Part shown: piece after piece, positions 10,430-22,274 of the stretch | How the letters are laid out: every line of letters begins with the position of its first letter | Numbering within the stretch: position 1 is the stretch's first letter | DNA from: Leptospiraceae bacterium | Lineage (GTDB): Bacteria > Spirochaetota > Leptospiria > Leptospirales > Leptospiraceae | Reading direction: 5' to 3' | Assembly (NCBI GenBank): GCA_020440865.1 | Contig: JAGRNF010000008.1 | Span: 35,341-99,340 of the forward strand | Length of the DNA stretch: 64,000 nt | The notes under the pieces: generated by a model | Seen by the model: only the letters and a program-made list of their open reading frames with translations | Told to the model about the DNA's origin: nothing | The model's database searches: none | Made by a program: the position numbers and the translations under genes

Positions 10430-11389
10430 ATGTCTAATGTATTAGTTGTAGGTGAAATCAAAGACGGAGCTCTAAAAAAAATCTCTAAAGAGATTACATC
10501 CGCAGGTAAGAAGATTGCTTCCGAATTAGGATCTCAGGTAGAAGTTCTCCTTATCGGAGCCGGAGCAGATGGATTTGCTAGCGAATTAGCAGCAGTTGGT
10601 GCAGATAAAGTCATTACTGCCAATGTAGCAGATTTCAATCCGGAAGGATATGCCAATCTAATCGCGGCTGTAGCTAAAGAAAAAGGTTCCAAAGTTGTTC
10701 TCATGCCACACACAGGTATGGGAAAAGATTACTCTCCAAGAGTTGCTGTAAAACTGGATGCAGGTATCATAGCTGATGCAGTAGGTCTTTCAGTTGACGG
10801 TGGTAAAGTAGTAGCTAAAAAGCCAATTTACTCCGGTAAAGCATATGCAAATATCAAAGTCACAACAGACATTCAGGTGATCACAGTTCGTCCCAATTCT
10901 CAAGAAGTCACTCAAACAGCCGGAGCTGGAGCAACAGAAGCTACCTCTCAGGGTGTGGGTGAGACTAAATCCAAGATCACTTCAACTGAAATGTCAGGTG
11001 GCAACAAAATCCAACTCACAGAAGCATCAATTATAGTTTCCGGTGGTAGAGGTATGAAAGGTCCAGAAAACTTTCCTATGCTTCAGGAACTCTGTGACAC
11101 GATTGGTGCCGCTATGGGAGCTTCCAGAGCCGCAGTGGATGCAGGCTGGATTTCTCACTCTCATCAGGTTGGTCAAACAGGAAAAACTGTATCACCAAAT
11201 TGCTACATAGCATGTGGTATTTCAGGTTCCATCCAGCACATGGCAGGTATGGGATCCTCTAAATACATTGTAGCCATTAACAAAGACGGCGATGCTCCAA
11301 TTTTCAAAGTTGCCACTTTTGGGGTTCAGGCTGATCTCTTTGATGTAGTTCCCGCTTTGACAAAAGAATTTAAAAAAGCTCTGGGATAA
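10430..11389 (+). CDS. etfA: electron transfer flavoprotein alpha subunit
   Basis: 319 aa. FAD-binding C-terminal region (SGGRGM...[10 protein letters not shown]) typical of EtfA. Confidence 0.85.
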   Translation: MSNVLVVGEIKDGALKKISKEITSAGKKIASELGSQVEVLLIGAGADGFASELAAVGADKVITANVADFNPEGYANLIAAVAKEKGSKVVLMPHTGMGKDYSPRVAVKLDAGIIADAVGLSVDGGKVVAKKPIYSGKAYANIKVTTDIQVITVRPNSQEVTQTAGAGATEATSQGVGETKSKITSTEMSGGNKIQLTEASIIVSGGRGMKGPENFPMLQELCDTIGAAMGASRAAVDAGWISHSHQVGQTGKTVSPNCYIACGISGSIQHMAGMGSSKYIVAINKDGDAPIFKVATFGVQADLFDVVPALTKEFKKALG

Positions 11390-11432
11390 ATTTTTCCTTT
11401 ATTTTTTCTTCGGAAGGTCATTTCTTAGCTTT

Positions 11433-12041
11433 ATGACTTTCCGAAGTTTCCTTATATTTCCTTTAAATATTAAGAAAAAAATTCCGATAATTTTTATTGG
11501 TTTTTTATTCTCTTTTCCCTTATATTCACAATCCGGAGAAGAATTGCTCTCTGTATTATTGAGTACTATGAATAGTTTTGAAAGCATTCGTGCAAATATC
11601 ACTATAAATGGCACTTCCGGACTTATGTCTTATAAAAAGCCTCACAACCTTTATTTAAAACTTTCAGATGGAAGAATTCTATCAGCCAATGGCAAACATC
11701 TCTGGTTTTACAACCCTTCCAGTGCAATTGCCGGCAAGCAGGATTTAAAAGGCGGTTCGGGAGGATTGTACGGTTTGCTATCAGGCTATGAAAATGTAAG
11801 TGCTACAGGAACCACTATTCGTCTAACTTCAGAAAAAAAAGCATATGAGGAAATTATTGTATCCATGACTCCTAACAATATTTTACGAAGTATTCGAATG
11901 AAACCCAGGGGGAGGGATTCATATACAGAAATTTCTTTATCGGGTGTTCAAACAAATATTGGATTGCCGGCGAGTATTTTCAATTATCACCCTCCATCCA
12001 GCGCACAAATAGTTGAAAATCCATTGAACCAGAGGGAATAG
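11433..12041 (+). CDS. LolA-like outer-membrane lipoprotein carrier family protein (tentative)
   Basis: Signal peptide; size and beta-rich composition with a GKHLWFYNP-type segment resemble the LolA fold. Confidence 0.4.
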   Translation: MTFRSFLIFPLNIKKKIPIIFIGFLFSFPLYSQSGEELLSVLLSTMNSFESIRANITINGTSGLMSYKKPHNLYLKLSDGRILSANGKHLWFYNPSSAIAGKQDLKGGSGGLYGLLSGYENVSATGTTIRLTSEKKAYEEIIVSMTPNNILRSIRMKPRGRDSYTEISLSGVQTNIGLPASIFNYHPPSSAQIVENPLNQRE

Positions 12042-12043
12042 TT

Positions 12044-13915
12044 TTGGATGAAAATGTAAGTAGAACCGAAGCACATAAAATCTTTGCCAACCTATATCGT
12101 AAAAGTCGTTCTGCAGAGCATCAAGCCAAAGTAGACGAAATCATTACCAGATCGAATGATGTGTTCATTCGAATTGATATGATCAAAAAACTAGATGAGG
12201 AATTTGAAAAGAACGAAAGAAAAGAACGGGTGCTTGAAAAAAGAAAAGCTCCTTCCGGAGGAGGAGGTGGATCTACCGGTTCGGGTTCTTCAAGATCAAA
12301 TTCCGGATCTGAAGCAGTAGCCAACCCATCCTCTGAAATTGCAAAAGCCGCCATCCAATCTGAAGCCCAGAAACAACCTCAGAAAAATGATGCCAGTTTG
12401 ATCGATAGAATTTTTGGAGGAAGCAATCTCATCGCTAAATTTGCAAAAGAATCTAAGTCTTTGGACCTAGGTTTATTGGGTAGAAAACCAACACTCTCAG
12501 TGAATGTTGAGAAAATTTTCAAGTTCCTATCTGAGGAAGAAATCATCGGTACTGCTCAGGCTCTAAAGTTTTGTGAACAGGCAGGCTGGAGATTCTGGAC
12601 ACCCAAAGAGTACAATGTAGTAGTGAACTTTGGGAGGTTTTTCAATGCGTTTATCTCCCTCGATTCTCTCTTTAAAGATGAAATTTCCCCTGAAGTATTC
12701 TTGGGACGATCTTTAAAGATGCAAATGTACTACGTACGCATTCTTCAGAGACCCGATACCAAAGACATTGTCATGGAAAAGATTCCCAACCTTGTCAAAA
12801 TGGAACCCAAATTAGTAGGTAAATTGGAACCGATCGTAAGAGGGTTGACTTATATTTTAACCCTGGAAACCCGTCGTCCTACCTTGAAAGATTCAATCAT
12901 AGCCATTCATGTAGTTATGAACAAAAAATTGATCACCTGGGAAGATATAGAAAAAAAATTAGCAGTCACTCCTATCGATGAATCCAGATTTTCAGCTTCA
13001 CCGGAGATCATGAAGCAAATCGAAATGGCTTCCACAAAAATATCCAATGACATTTACGGAAAATTAGGTAGTCTTGAGGAACTGGTAACTGTTAGAAAGA
13101 ATTACTTTACTTTCAAAAAAGAAAATCAAATTTCTTTAGATTTCATTGATGCGATTCTCACAGAACACATCAATCGATTTTATCCTGACAATTCCCAGCT
13201 GGATACGATCAAACAGTCTATCAGACAATCCCCTCCAAAATTGCTTCAAGCGCTCTGTAGGGACATCCAAACCCAATTCCTACCAATTTTTGAAGGATAC
13301 ATCAAAGTAGAAGATAAAGGAAATATGTCGGATGTACTGGTTTTCCAAAATGGACTTTTCTTTCCGGAAATAGACAAAACCAATCAAATTCTTCGTTCTC
13401 TAGATGCTTTCAATAGAAAATTCCCAAGTTTTAGTTATAGTTTTAAAAAATACAACGATGATCTCACCAAGGGAACGACCGACCAGATAGAAATGTCTCT
13501 TGTCAAATTGATCAGTGATGCGGCAGACTTTTTTGGTAAATTTGCTAAAAAACTTGCTGTAGTCGTAGAAAATGATCGTTTAGCAAAAGAACTGGAAAGA
13601 AGTGGAGAGCTAAATGAAAAAACCTACGCTACAAGGGAAAAGACTCTTGAAGATTTGAAACCCATGCAAAGATTTATACCCTACGGAACTGCTAAGATCG
13701 TCACTCAAAATCGAATAGAGAATAGAACTGTTCAGGATGCAGTGTACGACCTAACCAAACTTCTATTCAACTACGCTGTTTTGTTCAAGGATCAAACGAT
13801 TTCTAACCTATTGGTAGGCTACAATAAGCTAGAAAATGATCTCAATAAACTCAAAGGTGAGTACTTCAGGCTTACCGGGAAAGAATTTACATCTGGATCA
13901 AGAGAAGAAAATTGA
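12044..13915 (+). CDS. hypothetical protein with Gly/Ser-rich low-complexity linker
   Basis: 623 aa with a [19 protein letters not shown] tract; overlaps trpS by 4 bp, so probably in the LolA-like to trpS operon. Confidence 0.45.
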   Translation: MDENVSRTEAHKIFANLYRKSRSAEHQAKVDEIITRSNDVFIRIDMIKKLDEEFEKNERKERVLEKRKAPSGGGGGSTGSGSSRSNSGSEAVANPSSEIAKAAIQSEAQKQPQKNDASLIDRIFGGSNLIAKFAKESKSLDLGLLGRKPTLSVNVEKIFKFLSEEEIIGTAQALKFCEQAGWRFWTPKEYNVVVNFGRFFNAFISLDSLFKDEISPEVFLGRSLKMQMYYVRILQRPDTKDIVMEKIPNLVKMEPKLVGKLEPIVRGLTYILTLETRRPTLKDSIIAIHVVMNKKLITWEDIEKKLAVTPIDESRFSASPEIMKQIEMASTKISNDIYGKLGSLEELVTVRKNYFTFKKENQISLDFIDAILTEHINRFYPDNSQLDTIKQSIRQSPPKLLQALCRDIQTQFLPIFEGYIKVEDKGNMSDVLVFQNGLFFPEIDKTNQILRSLDAFNRKFPSFSYSFKKYNDDLTKGTTDQIEMSLVKLISDAADFFGKFAKKLAVVVENDRLAKELERSGELNEKTYATREKTLEDLKPMQRFIPYGTAKIVTQNRIENRTVQDAVYDLTKLLFNYAVLFKDQTISNLLVGYNKLENDLNKLKGEYFRLTGKEFTSGSREEN

Positions 13916-14886
13916 AAAGAATACTAACAGGTCTTCAACCTTCCGGAAAACTTCATCTGGGCAACTACTTTTCCGTTATGCGGAAAATGATCAAATATCA
14001 AGATAATTTTGATCTTTTTTTGTTTATTGCCAATCTGCACTCATTGACTTCCATTTCATCAAGGGATGACCTGATCAACAATACCTACGATGCTGTTGCC
14101 GATTTTTTGGCCCTGGGATTGGATCCGGACAAATCTACATTTTGGATTCAGTCGGATGTTCCTGAAGTGACAGAATTGACCTGGTACTTGAGCAATTACA
14201 TAACTGTGAATCAGCTTTCTCTCGCTCATTCCTATAAAGACAAGATCTCAAAAGGTCTACAACCCAATGCATCCCTTTTTATTTATCCTATTCTTATGGC
14301 AGCAGATATCCTTGCCTTCGATTCAAATGTGGTACCTGTAGGCAAAGATCAAAAACAGCATTTAGAATTCACCAGAGACATGGCAGGAAGGTTCAATCAG
14401 GACTATGGAGATGTTTTTGTAATACCAGAACCCGAAATCGATGAAGACAGTGCAGTAATACCGGGAACAGACGGTCAGAAGATGTCCAAATCCTATAAAA
14501 ACACTATCAATTTGTTCGATTCAGAAAAGGACTTAAAAAAAGCAGTTATGTCCATCGTCTCAGATTCTGCCGGAATCGATGAAGCAAAAGATCCGGATAC
14601 CAGTACAATATTTGCCATTTACAGTTTGTTTCTCAATGAAACTGAAACCCAAAACCTCAGAACCCGTTTTTTGACACCGGGACTCAGATATGGAGACATA
14701 AAAAAAGAATTATTGGAATGCATTATGGAGTACTTTCAGCCTTATAGAAAAAAGAGGGAAGAAATCATTAGCAATAAGGATTACATCGAATCTGTTCTAA
14801 AAAAAGGAAAAGAAAAAGCCGGATGGATTGCTCAAAAAAATCTGGAGAAAGTTCGTTCTGCTTTGGGAATCAAACGAATCTCTTAA
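13912..14886 (+). CDS. trpS: tryptophan--tRNA ligase
   Basis: Class I aaRS motifs: HIGH-like LHLGNY and KMSKS. Confidence 0.9.
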   Translation: MKRILTGLQPSGKLHLGNYFSVMRKMIKYQDNFDLFLFIANLHSLTSISSRDDLINNTYDAVADFLALGLDPDKSTFWIQSDVPEVTELTWYLSNYITVNQLSLAHSYKDKISKGLQPNASLFIYPILMAADILAFDSNVVPVGKDQKQHLEFTRDMAGRFNQDYGDVFVIPEPEIDEDSAVIPGTDGQKMSKSYKNTINLFDSEKDLKKAVMSIVSDSAGIDEAKDPDTSTIFAIYSLFLNETETQNLRTRFLTPGLRYGDIKKELLECIMEYFQPYRKKREEIISNKDYIESVLKKGKEKAGWIAQKNLEKVRSALGIKRIS

Positions 14887-15839
14887 TTTATCAATTCCTC
14901 AATTTTTTCAATAAACAATTTTCTAATATCACTTTCTGGCAATTCACTCAGATATTGAATTAGGGAATTTCCATCATTTTTTAGCATCGTCAATAACTCT
15001 GATTGTATATTGAATGCTTCCAGGTAATGTAAGATCATTGCCTTGTCTTCGGCGGATTTCATTTCTTTTTTCAATAGATCATGAATTATTTTCAGATCAT
15101 TTTTCTTTAACTTCTCCTGAAGCAATAAAATTGGATAGGTATAGAGACCATTCATAAAGTCTTTCAGAGGAATCTTTCCCGATTTTTTTGAATCATCAAA
15201 GTAATCGATGTAATCATCCTTTCTCTGAAACAAAAGTCCCATCTGAATTCCAAAATTATGAATCTTTTCCAGAGGTTTGCCCTTCAATCCGCTCAGAATA
15301 CCTGCAGAAATAGATACAGCTCCAAATAAGGAAGCAGTCTTTCCGTAGATTACTGATTCATAAATAGCAAGAGTGATTTTGGGATTCTTCTCCCATTCCA
15401 TTTGGATCAATTCACCCACACTCAGATCCCGAATCACTTTTGTGTATGCCGCCATAATCTCCGGCTGATTCAATCGATTCAAATGGTCGATTCCACAAGC
15501 CAGAAGATAATCTCCTCCGAGAATTGCGGTTTTGTTCCCATAGAGGGCTCCCACTGTAGGCTTGCCACGTCTCAACTCAGACAAATCGACTACATCGTCA
15601 TGCAGCAAACTGGCACCATGGATCAACTCAGCAATTGCTCCGACGTCCTTCCAGATACTACCTTTGTAATCGTGAAGTTGACAGAGAAAATAATGGGTAA
15701 GAGGTCGAATTCGTTTTCCACCGGATTGGATGACATGTTTCTTTATCTTCTTTAGGATAGGTAAATCTTCCTGAATGATTTCATCCAGTTTAGAATCAAA
15801 ATTTTTAATGAGCCTGGGAAGCAAGACAGAAGGACGCAT
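14883..15839 (-). CDS. trans-polyprenyl diphosphate synthase (IspB-like)
   Basis: First aspartate-rich motif LLHDDVVD and a second one further down. Confidence 0.8.
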   Translation of the reverse strand: MRPSVLLPRLIKNFDSKLDEIIQEDLPILKKIKKHVIQSGGKRIRPLTHYFLCQLHDYKGSIWKDVGAIAELIHGASLLHDDVVDLSELRRGKPTVGALYGNKTAILGGDYLLACGIDHLNRLNQPEIMAAYTKVIRDLSVGELIQMEWEKNPKITLAIYESVIYGKTASLFGAVSISAGILSGLKGKPLEKIHNFGIQMGLLFQRKDDYIDYFDDSKKSGKIPLKDFMNGLYTYPILLLQEKLKKNDLKIIHDLLKKEMKSAEDKAMILHYLEAFNIQSELLTMLKNDGNSLIQYLSELPESDIRKLFIEKIEELIN

Positions 15840-15959
15840 ACTCTTTAATTGAGAAAGCCTTATAGAAAATCAATAGATAATTATTTTTTCATTTATTATT
15901 CTATTGACATATGGTACAATGGTATTAAATATCCTGTAAACTTACTCAAGATCGATTTT

Positions 15960-17348
15960 ATGCAAAAAAGTGAATCTGAAGAAAACTATATAAACAAAGA
16001 CCAGGATGAGATCGAAAAAGAAACACTTCAGGATCTTCAGGATCTGGAAAGTTTCAAGAAAACGTTCATTGATCTCAATCGCGGCAGACCTATCTATCTC
16101 ATCAGATTCGAAAACATCCATGGCAAAAGCTTAATAGATTTTATCAACATCCTAAAAAGAGACATAAAAATCATTTTGGAATGTAAGGACATTGATACCG
16201 GTTTCTATTTCATAGAAAGCAAACAGAGTCTTTTGATGGGTTTAGTAATACAATTGGAATCTTCTATTGAGCAGATGCCGAATGTAGACAACTCCCTGGG
16301 GAAGTTCCATCAGGAATGCAACAAAAAGAATGTTTGTACATTTGATTATGGCATTTCGCGTACACAGAGTAATTTTATATCCACTACTAATGAAATTTTT
16401 AACGATCTCTTCCGGACTGCTGAAAAGAATCTAAACGACAATCTGGTTCGATGGAGTTGGACATATTTCAATAAGGCCAATTCATACATTTCAGGAACCT
16501 TTCATGAGGCTATGATCCAACCGACTGTATACTATGATCATAAGAAAAAGACTTTTTCAGTAAAGGGTGGAGAAGTTTTTGTTGGTGGGGGTGCTTATAA
16601 AGGTTACAAAGATCTTATCAGTGACATTCCCAACGACCAGGATCTCAAACGAATAGAATTACTCATCCTAGAAAAACTTATCATTGCCTGCGACCATGCA
16701 CCGGGACTCTTAAAATTCAATATTTCACCCCAATCTCTCATCGATACCTTTGCAAACTTTGAAAAGGTCAGTAGATTCAACACTCTGATTCGATCCAAAG
16801 GTTTGCTCCCACAAAATGTGCGATTTGAACTCATAGAAAAACATTACGAAGAAACCGAAATTCAACTGAAAGATGTATGCCAGTGCTTTTGGGACTACGG
16901 TTTTAGTTTTGCAGCCGACGATTTTGGGGTAAAGAGCTCCAGCCATCAGGTTGTACTTGATCTGGGTTTGATGATTCAGGAGTTTAAGTTAGATCCAATT
17001 AGTTTCAAATTCAAAGTGAAAGAAGACAAGGTGAAGTTTCTCGACAATCTAGCTTTCATAGACTATTGCAAAAAATTAGCAGACAACCGGGAAGCAGTCA
17101 TCACTGCTGAAGCGGTAGAAGATATTGAAACTCTTAGATTCCTACTCGCACATCAAATTTGGCAATTTCAAGCTTTCATTTTATTCAATAAGATTAGCGT
17201 ATTGCAATACAGGGATGAGTTTGAATCAATGAAAGACCTGCATGAAGATATCGTCTTTGAAATTCTTTCAAACCCCGAATTGATCAAAGAGCAAAAAAAA
17301 GTTGGACATATCTTCAAAGTTGCCAGGAGCAACGGTCTCTTAACCTGA
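15960..17348 (+). CDS. EAL-domain protein with uncharacterised N-terminal region
   Basis: The C-terminal region contains FELIEK and FAADDFGVKSSS, matching the EAL signature DDFGTGYSS. The ORF track starts at 15849. The ATG at 15960 is more plausible because 15849 leaves only 9 bp between divergent genes. Confidence 0.5.
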   Translation: MQKSESEENYINKDQDEIEKETLQDLQDLESFKKTFIDLNRGRPIYLIRFENIHGKSLIDFINILKRDIKIILECKDIDTGFYFIESKQSLLMGLVIQLESSIEQMPNVDNSLGKFHQECNKKNVCTFDYGISRTQSNFISTTNEIFNDLFRTAEKNLNDNLVRWSWTYFNKANSYISGTFHEAMIQPTVYYDHKKKTFSVKGGEVFVGGGAYKGYKDLISDIPNDQDLKRIELLILEKLIIACDHAPGLLKFNISPQSLIDTFANFEKVSRFNTLIRSKGLLPQNVRFELIEKHYEETEIQLKDVCQCFWDYGFSFAADDFGVKSSSHQVVLDLGLMIQEFKLDPISFKFKVKEDKVKFLDNLAFIDYCKKLADNREAVITAEAVEDIETLRFLLAHQIWQFQAFILFNKISVLQYRDEFESMKDLHEDIVFEILSNPELIKEQKKVGHIFKVARSNGLLT

Positions 17349-17356
17349 GACAGTCT

Positions 17357-17992
17357 TCATTTCTTTCTTTCAACTTTTCCAATTGCAGACAAAACCTTCT
17401 TCACAGTTACTTCTGAAATAAAATCAGGATGAGAGGATTGTACCAGAAGGTCAGATTTGTTCCAAATATAAGTAAAGCCTACGATGTATTTAAAAACCAT
17501 CCCCGGAGTCCATTCAACACCCGGATTCTTGATGACTCCGAGTATGATCACTCCATTTTCAACATTTATCAATTTTAATTTAAACTTATTTACTATATCT
17601 TTCGATTCTCCAAGAGTCATGGCTTCCCCTTCACCGATCAGGATTGCATCTACTCCCAGGATTTTACCCATTTCTGCTGCGGTATCTTCATCTATCAGTC
17701 CGGATCTGGAAAACTTTTGCTCCTGTATGATTTTATCCAATTGATTTTTGTTTCTCTCCACGATTTCTATTCTATTGTTTTGAATGAAGTAAATCGATAA
17801 GGAGTTTGCAAATTCATAGCCAATATTTTCTTTTCCTTTAAAGTCAAAGGGAATGATAGCTACTTTATGGATGGATTGGATTTGTTCTTTGTTTTCAGCG
17901 ATACTCACACTCACGGTGGAGCAATTTGATAACAAAAGAATAGAGATAACAAACAAAGTATTTATTAGAAAATATCTTTTTAAGATTTTCAT
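17357..17992 (-). CDS. CsgG/LpoB-like periplasmic lipoprotein (tentative)
   Basis: Lipobox LSNC. The IEIVERNKNQLDKIIQEQKFSRSGLIDEDTAAEMGKILGVDAILIGE segment resembles the CsgG-family core. Confidence 0.4.
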   Translation of the reverse strand: MKILKRYFLINTLFVISILLLSNCSTVSVSIAENKEQIQSIHKVAIIPFDFKGKENIGYEFANSLSIYFIQNNRIEIVERNKNQLDKIIQEQKFSRSGLIDEDTAAEMGKILGVDAILIGEGEAMTLGESKDIVNKFKLKLINVENGVIILGVIKNPGVEWTPGMVFKYIVGFTYIWNKSDLLVQSSHPDFISEVTVKKVLSAIGKVERKK

Positions 17993-18016
17993 ATAGTAAG
18001 AATTCCTCTCATTGAA

Positions 18017-19048
18017 TTATTTTGCATTTAGCAAAAGTTCTTTTCTTTTTTCTTCCGGTACAAGTTCTAACTTTTTAATTTCATTATGGAAGGCAGTAAA
18101 TTTTTCATCAACATCACTAAAAACCCTCTGAAAGTACTCTTCACCTGATTCATATCTCAAAAATCCAATAAATGTTTCATTATTGATTTCAGAGTGTTCG
18201 AGTCTTTCTAAAATTTTAGAGGGATTGCTTTGATTCATTTCATGAATTTTTGATTTAAAAGAATCCAGTATAGTCTTTTTAGCCTGATATTTTTCCTCAT
18301 CTGACTTTTCTGAGTTGTACTCAAATTCTAATTTTCTTCCTGTAATCAAGAACTCTTCCACCAATTTTTTTTTAAGCTTTTTTCTTTCTTTCCATATCTT
18401 TAGTATCGACTCTGATCTTTCGGGAAAAGTTGTATTATAAAAAATTTCTACTCCCTTATCCTCCACAAATGAAGCGTATGACTCATTGAACAGAGAATCC
18501 CCCGGAAAGTAGATCGTAGAATGGGACATTTCATGAATGACCAGTCCCACCAGGTCAGGTTCACTCAGCTTCAATTGCGGAGAGAGGACCGGATCGGAAA
18601 ACCAACCCAGGGTAGAATATCCTGCGGTGATCCTCAGTTTTGTATCCAAACCTTTTTCTTTTAGATCTTCCTGCAATTGGATAGCCTTTTCTCTTTGGAA
18701 AAATCCTTTGTAAGGCACTTCCCCAACAATCGGGAACCACCATGTATAGGATTGCATTTTTAAAGGGTAAGACGCTGTCACATGCCAACCGATTTCTTCT
18801 CTATCCAATTGTGTATAGTACTCAAACCCTCCTCCCGGATTTAGACCCAATTGATCAATGGAAAATTGCCTTACTGATTGGATCAATTTCAGTTTCTCCT
18901 GAATAGTGGGATCCTCGCTACTTTCAATCGCAAGTTCTAATTTTTCTCTTTTGGCTAAGATCTGCAATTGACCGATCGCCAGATGACCTAAATAAGAAAG
19001 ACAATTTTCCATCAAAAGACAGGAAAGAATCAATATCAATTTCTTCAT
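18017..19048 (-). CDS. putative zinc metallopeptidase (HExxH)
   Basis: Signal peptide/lipobox; HEMSH motif. Confidence 0.45.
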   Translation of the reverse strand: MKKLILILSCLLMENCLSYLGHLAIGQLQILAKREKLELAIESSEDPTIQEKLKLIQSVRQFSIDQLGLNPGGGFEYYTQLDREEIGWHVTASYPLKMQSYTWWFPIVGEVPYKGFFQREKAIQLQEDLKEKGLDTKLRITAGYSTLGWFSDPVLSPQLKLSEPDLVGLVIHEMSHSTIYFPGDSLFNESYASFVEDKGVEIFYNTTFPERSESILKIWKERKKLKKKLVEEFLITGRKLEFEYNSEKSDEEKYQAKKTILDSFKSKIHEMNQSNPSKILERLEHSEINNETFIGFLRYESGEEYFQRVFSDVDEKFTAFHNEIKKLELVPEEKRKELLLNAK

Positions 19049-19228
19049 ATTTTACAGGTTCTTTCAGGATTCTCCAAATTCAAGTAAGGTACACGATTTT
19101 ACTCTTTAAATTAGAAAAACGGAAGGTAGAACCAAAAAACTTGATTTCCACCACCTTAGGTCAGGAGATTTTTTATTTGTCCAGAAACCTATGAACTCCT
19201 ACCTTGTCTGTAAAGGAGTATTAGGCTA

Positions 19229-20500
19229 ATGTCTCAAAAAGCAGAATTGATTATCAAAGGAAAAAAATACGAACTGGACATTTTCACCGGAACAGACGGA
19301 AGAAGTGGTATAGACATATCCAATCTTTATAAAGAAACTGGATATGTAGCAGTAGATCCCGGATTTTTCAATACTGCTGTCGGAAACAGTCGGGTCTCCC
19401 GTAGAGATGCTTCCGAAGGTACCTTAACCTATCGGGGATACGATGTAGGTGACCTGGTAAAAAACTCTACATTCGTAGAAACCGCATATCTTTTGATCTA
19501 TGGAGATCTACCCAAGAAGGAACAATTAACTGATTTTTCCAAAAGACTCTCCAAACATTCATTGATCCATGAAGATATGGTGAACTTATTCGATGGATTT
19601 CCCGGAAAAGCCCATCCTCTGGCAGTTCTATCAACCATGGTTATGTCTCTTTCAAGCTATTATTCAGAGGAATACGAAGAATCGATAGATAAGGGAGTGG
19701 ATCAAGTATCACGGCTTCTTGCAAAAGTTCGAACAATCAGTGCATTTTCCTATAAAAAAATGATCGGTCAACCATTCATCTATCCTTTGGATCGATTGCC
19801 TTATTGTTCAAATTTTCTTCACATGCTTTTCTCTGTACCTGCTGAAAGTTATAATGTTGACCCGTATTATGAAAAACTTTTGAATCAACTCTGGATTCTA
19901 TACGCAGAACACGAACAGAATGTAGCAGCTACTACAGTTCAATTGGTGGGTTCCACAAAAGCCAATCTTTTTGCCTCGATTAGCGCTGGAATTTCCGCTC
20001 TCTGGGGTTCGCGGGAAGGTGGTCAGAGTGTTGCGGCAGTAGAATTATTAGAAGAAATCTTGGAAAACAATGGTGATTTTGAAAGAATCATAGAAGAAAT
20101 GAAAAATTCTGATATGGTTCCTACTTTCATCGGACATTCAGCATATGAAAAGACCAGTCCGAGAGCCTTAGTAGCCAGAGAGATTTTTAAAGAGTTCTGT
20201 GGAAATTACATCTCTCCTATTTTAGATGTTGCTAAAAAAGTTGAGAATTATTTCCTTAACGATCCCTATTTTATTGAAAGAAATTTGTATCCCAACCTGG
20301 AGTTCTATAGCGGAGTCATGTTCTATAGTATGGGTATCCCTAAAAACATGTTCACACTAATGCAGGCTATCGGGAAATTACCCGGATGGTTGGCTCACTG
20401 GAGAGAATTGAGAGTCAATAATAATTACAAAAAAGCTCGACCCCGCCAAATTTATACCGGTGAAATGAACAGAAAGTATGTAGGTATAGACAAAAGATAA
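19229..20500 (+). CDS. gltA: citrate synthase
   Basis: LTYRGYDVGDL and the conserved C-terminal catalytic region; 423 aa. Confidence 0.85.
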   Translation: MSQKAELIIKGKKYELDIFTGTDGRSGIDISNLYKETGYVAVDPGFFNTAVGNSRVSRRDASEGTLTYRGYDVGDLVKNSTFVETAYLLIYGDLPKKEQLTDFSKRLSKHSLIHEDMVNLFDGFPGKAHPLAVLSTMVMSLSSYYSEEYEESIDKGVDQVSRLLAKVRTISAFSYKKMIGQPFIYPLDRLPYCSNFLHMLFSVPAESYNVDPYYEKLLNQLWILYAEHEQNVAATTVQLVGSTKANLFASISAGISALWGSREGGQSVAAVELLEEILENNGDFERIIEEMKNSDMVPTFIGHSAYEKTSPRALVAREIFKEFCGNYISPILDVAKKVENYFLNDPYFIERNLYPNLEFYSGVMFYSMGIPKNMFTLMQAIGKLPGWLAHWRELRVNNNYKKARPRQIYTGEMNRKYVGIDKR

Positions 20501-20507
20501 AAAAAAA

Positions 20508-20546
20508 TCCACGGTTTGCTAATGCTTACCGTGGATTCCTTTTTAG
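20508..20546. terminator. bidirectional rho-independent terminator between convergent gltA and the HEAT-repeat gene
   Basis: An A8 run, then AATCCACGGT...ACCGTGGATT (10-bp stem, 12-nt loop), then CCTTTTT. Confidence 0.7.
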
Positions 20547-20577
20547 ATAGTTAAAAAGCCGAATTTATTAAATAACC

Positions 20578-22065
20578 TTATTCATCTTCTAGATCATTTA
20601 GTTCCTGATTTTTCTCTTCTACTTTTTCTACTTTGTCTGATTTAGTCTCAATTTTTATAGCTGGTTGCTTTTGTTGTTTAGTAAAAATATCACCGGGAAT
20701 GATTTCATCTTCACTATCTTCATCCTCTGAATTTTCACCTTTACCTTTTTTCTGGTAGTACTCTTTTCCTGGATTGTTCAAGGAGATTACTTCAATCTTC
20801 GGTCCGAATACCCAACCCTGAACGATACTTCGCTTTGATTGATTTGTATCACGGTTCACAGCCAAAAGCTGAAAGTATCTATCTTCTACTATCTGATTGT
20901 TCATTTTAGCTTTGAAATACTTACTGGTTATATTCTTAACTTTGGCTACATCACCCATTCTTAGGATAGTTACTTTTTTTGAATTGGGTCTGGGGCTGTA
21001 TCTCATAGAAGCCAATTGATTTGATACGATTGCATATTGACCGAATGCCTTTCTTCTATAGAGTTCTTTCTTAATTAGATTTTGATAATTTTCATTTTTT
21101 ATAGCGTGGAGAAGTTTTATCAAAGCTAGAGTTCCCGCTAGATTGGTTTTTTGGTTCAAGGCAATGATTACTTCAGGGGCTAGATCCGGATTGTTCTCAT
21201 AAGCTGTCAGTAATAAATCTACAGATCCATTTTGTTTTGAATTTCCGAGACCGGCTATTGCTCCGCTTCGTAAAGCAATCACATCAGATTGTAAAAACTT
21301 GCGAAATACATCCAAGTCTTCAGATCTGGAATAATTTCCCAGACCTTCCAATGCTGCTGAAATGATTTTGGAATTGTCAGAGTACAGACCGTATCTCAAA
21401 ATCAAATCTCTTCCCTGGCTAGTTTTAGACTTTCCTAATCCTTTAAAGGAAGAAATTCGGATATCTTCATCGGAAGAGTTGATTCCGGCACGAAAGTACT
21501 TTAAAGACTTTCGTGAACCAATTCCTTCTATCGCTCTGTATGCCTGCTGCTTGACTTCGTAGGCGTCATTCTCTATTGCTTTATGTAAGTACTTCAATCC
21601 GGATTTGAGTCGACCGAGGGATCTGGCGGCTTCAGCTCTTACTTCAGGATATTTGTGCTTTAATAAGATTCTGGAAATTTGCTTTATAGATGAACTATTT
21701 CCCCGTGCTGAGTATTCTCTTAGCTTTTTTAGAGAAGATTCAATTTCTATTCGCTTAGCTTCAGTATCTATTTCTTCATTTGAATTCTTCCAATCACCTA
21801 CACTGTCAGAAGGTAATTTGGGAGCATTTGTTTCTTTTGAGCTTTTGGGTGCAGTAGGAACAGTGACATTGTTTAAGCTTGTTTTAGGAGAAGTTTCATC
21901 GACATCATCATCGTCATCTTCTGAATATAAAACTTCTTCAGGGCCGTTTTTCAAAAAATTTGAAAACTTCCCATTTTCATTTGATTCCTTATTTTCTTTT
22001 ATATTATCTTTCGAATATAAGGAAAAAGTAAATATCGATAAGATTAAACAGAGAAGAAATTTCAT
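20578..22065 (-). CDS. HEAT/PBS-lyase repeat lipoprotein
   Basis: Signal peptide. Repeated Ala/Leu-rich motifs (RAEAARSLGRL, ALEGLGN, AIAGLGN). Acidic, disordered C-terminus. Confidence 0.5.
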   Translation of the reverse strand: MKFLLCLILSIFTFSLYSKDNIKENKESNENGKFSNFLKNGPEEVLYSEDDDDDVDETSPKTSLNNVTVPTAPKSSKETNAPKLPSDSVGDWKNSNEEIDTEAKRIEIESSLKKLREYSARGNSSSIKQISRILLKHKYPEVRAEAARSLGRLKSGLKYLHKAIENDAYEVKQQAYRAIEGIGSRKSLKYFRAGINSSDEDIRISSFKGLGKSKTSQGRDLILRYGLYSDNSKIISAALEGLGNYSRSEDLDVFRKFLQSDVIALRSGAIAGLGNSKQNGSVDLLLTAYENNPDLAPEVIIALNQKTNLAGTLALIKLLHAIKNENYQNLIKKELYRRKAFGQYAIVSNQLASMRYSPRPNSKKVTILRMGDVAKVKNITSKYFKAKMNNQIVEDRYFQLLAVNRDTNQSKRSIVQGWVFGPKIEVISLNNPGKEYYQKKGKGENSEDEDSEDEIIPGDIFTKQQKQPAIKIETKSDKVEKVEEKNQELNDLEDE

Positions 22066-22274
22066 GAATTAGTTTGTTCCTTATAATAACTATTGACTTT
22101 ATATATAGCCTTTTATTATAGCATTAAATTTTCAATAAGAATTATAAAAAATGGAGAAAATCTATCAATAAAATAAGCGGAAGCTTCAGTAATCTGAAGC
22201 CTAATCAAATTAAAAAGTTAAAATCACTATCTGAAAAAAGGAATCGGGAAGATAGTATTGTATCTATTGAATTA

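Noticed and set aside
19049-19228. Long-range pairing AAGGTAG...CTACCTT in the gltA leader as a possible riboswitch
   Set aside because: Only a 7-bp stem with a loop of about 65 nt, and no recognisable riboswitch core.
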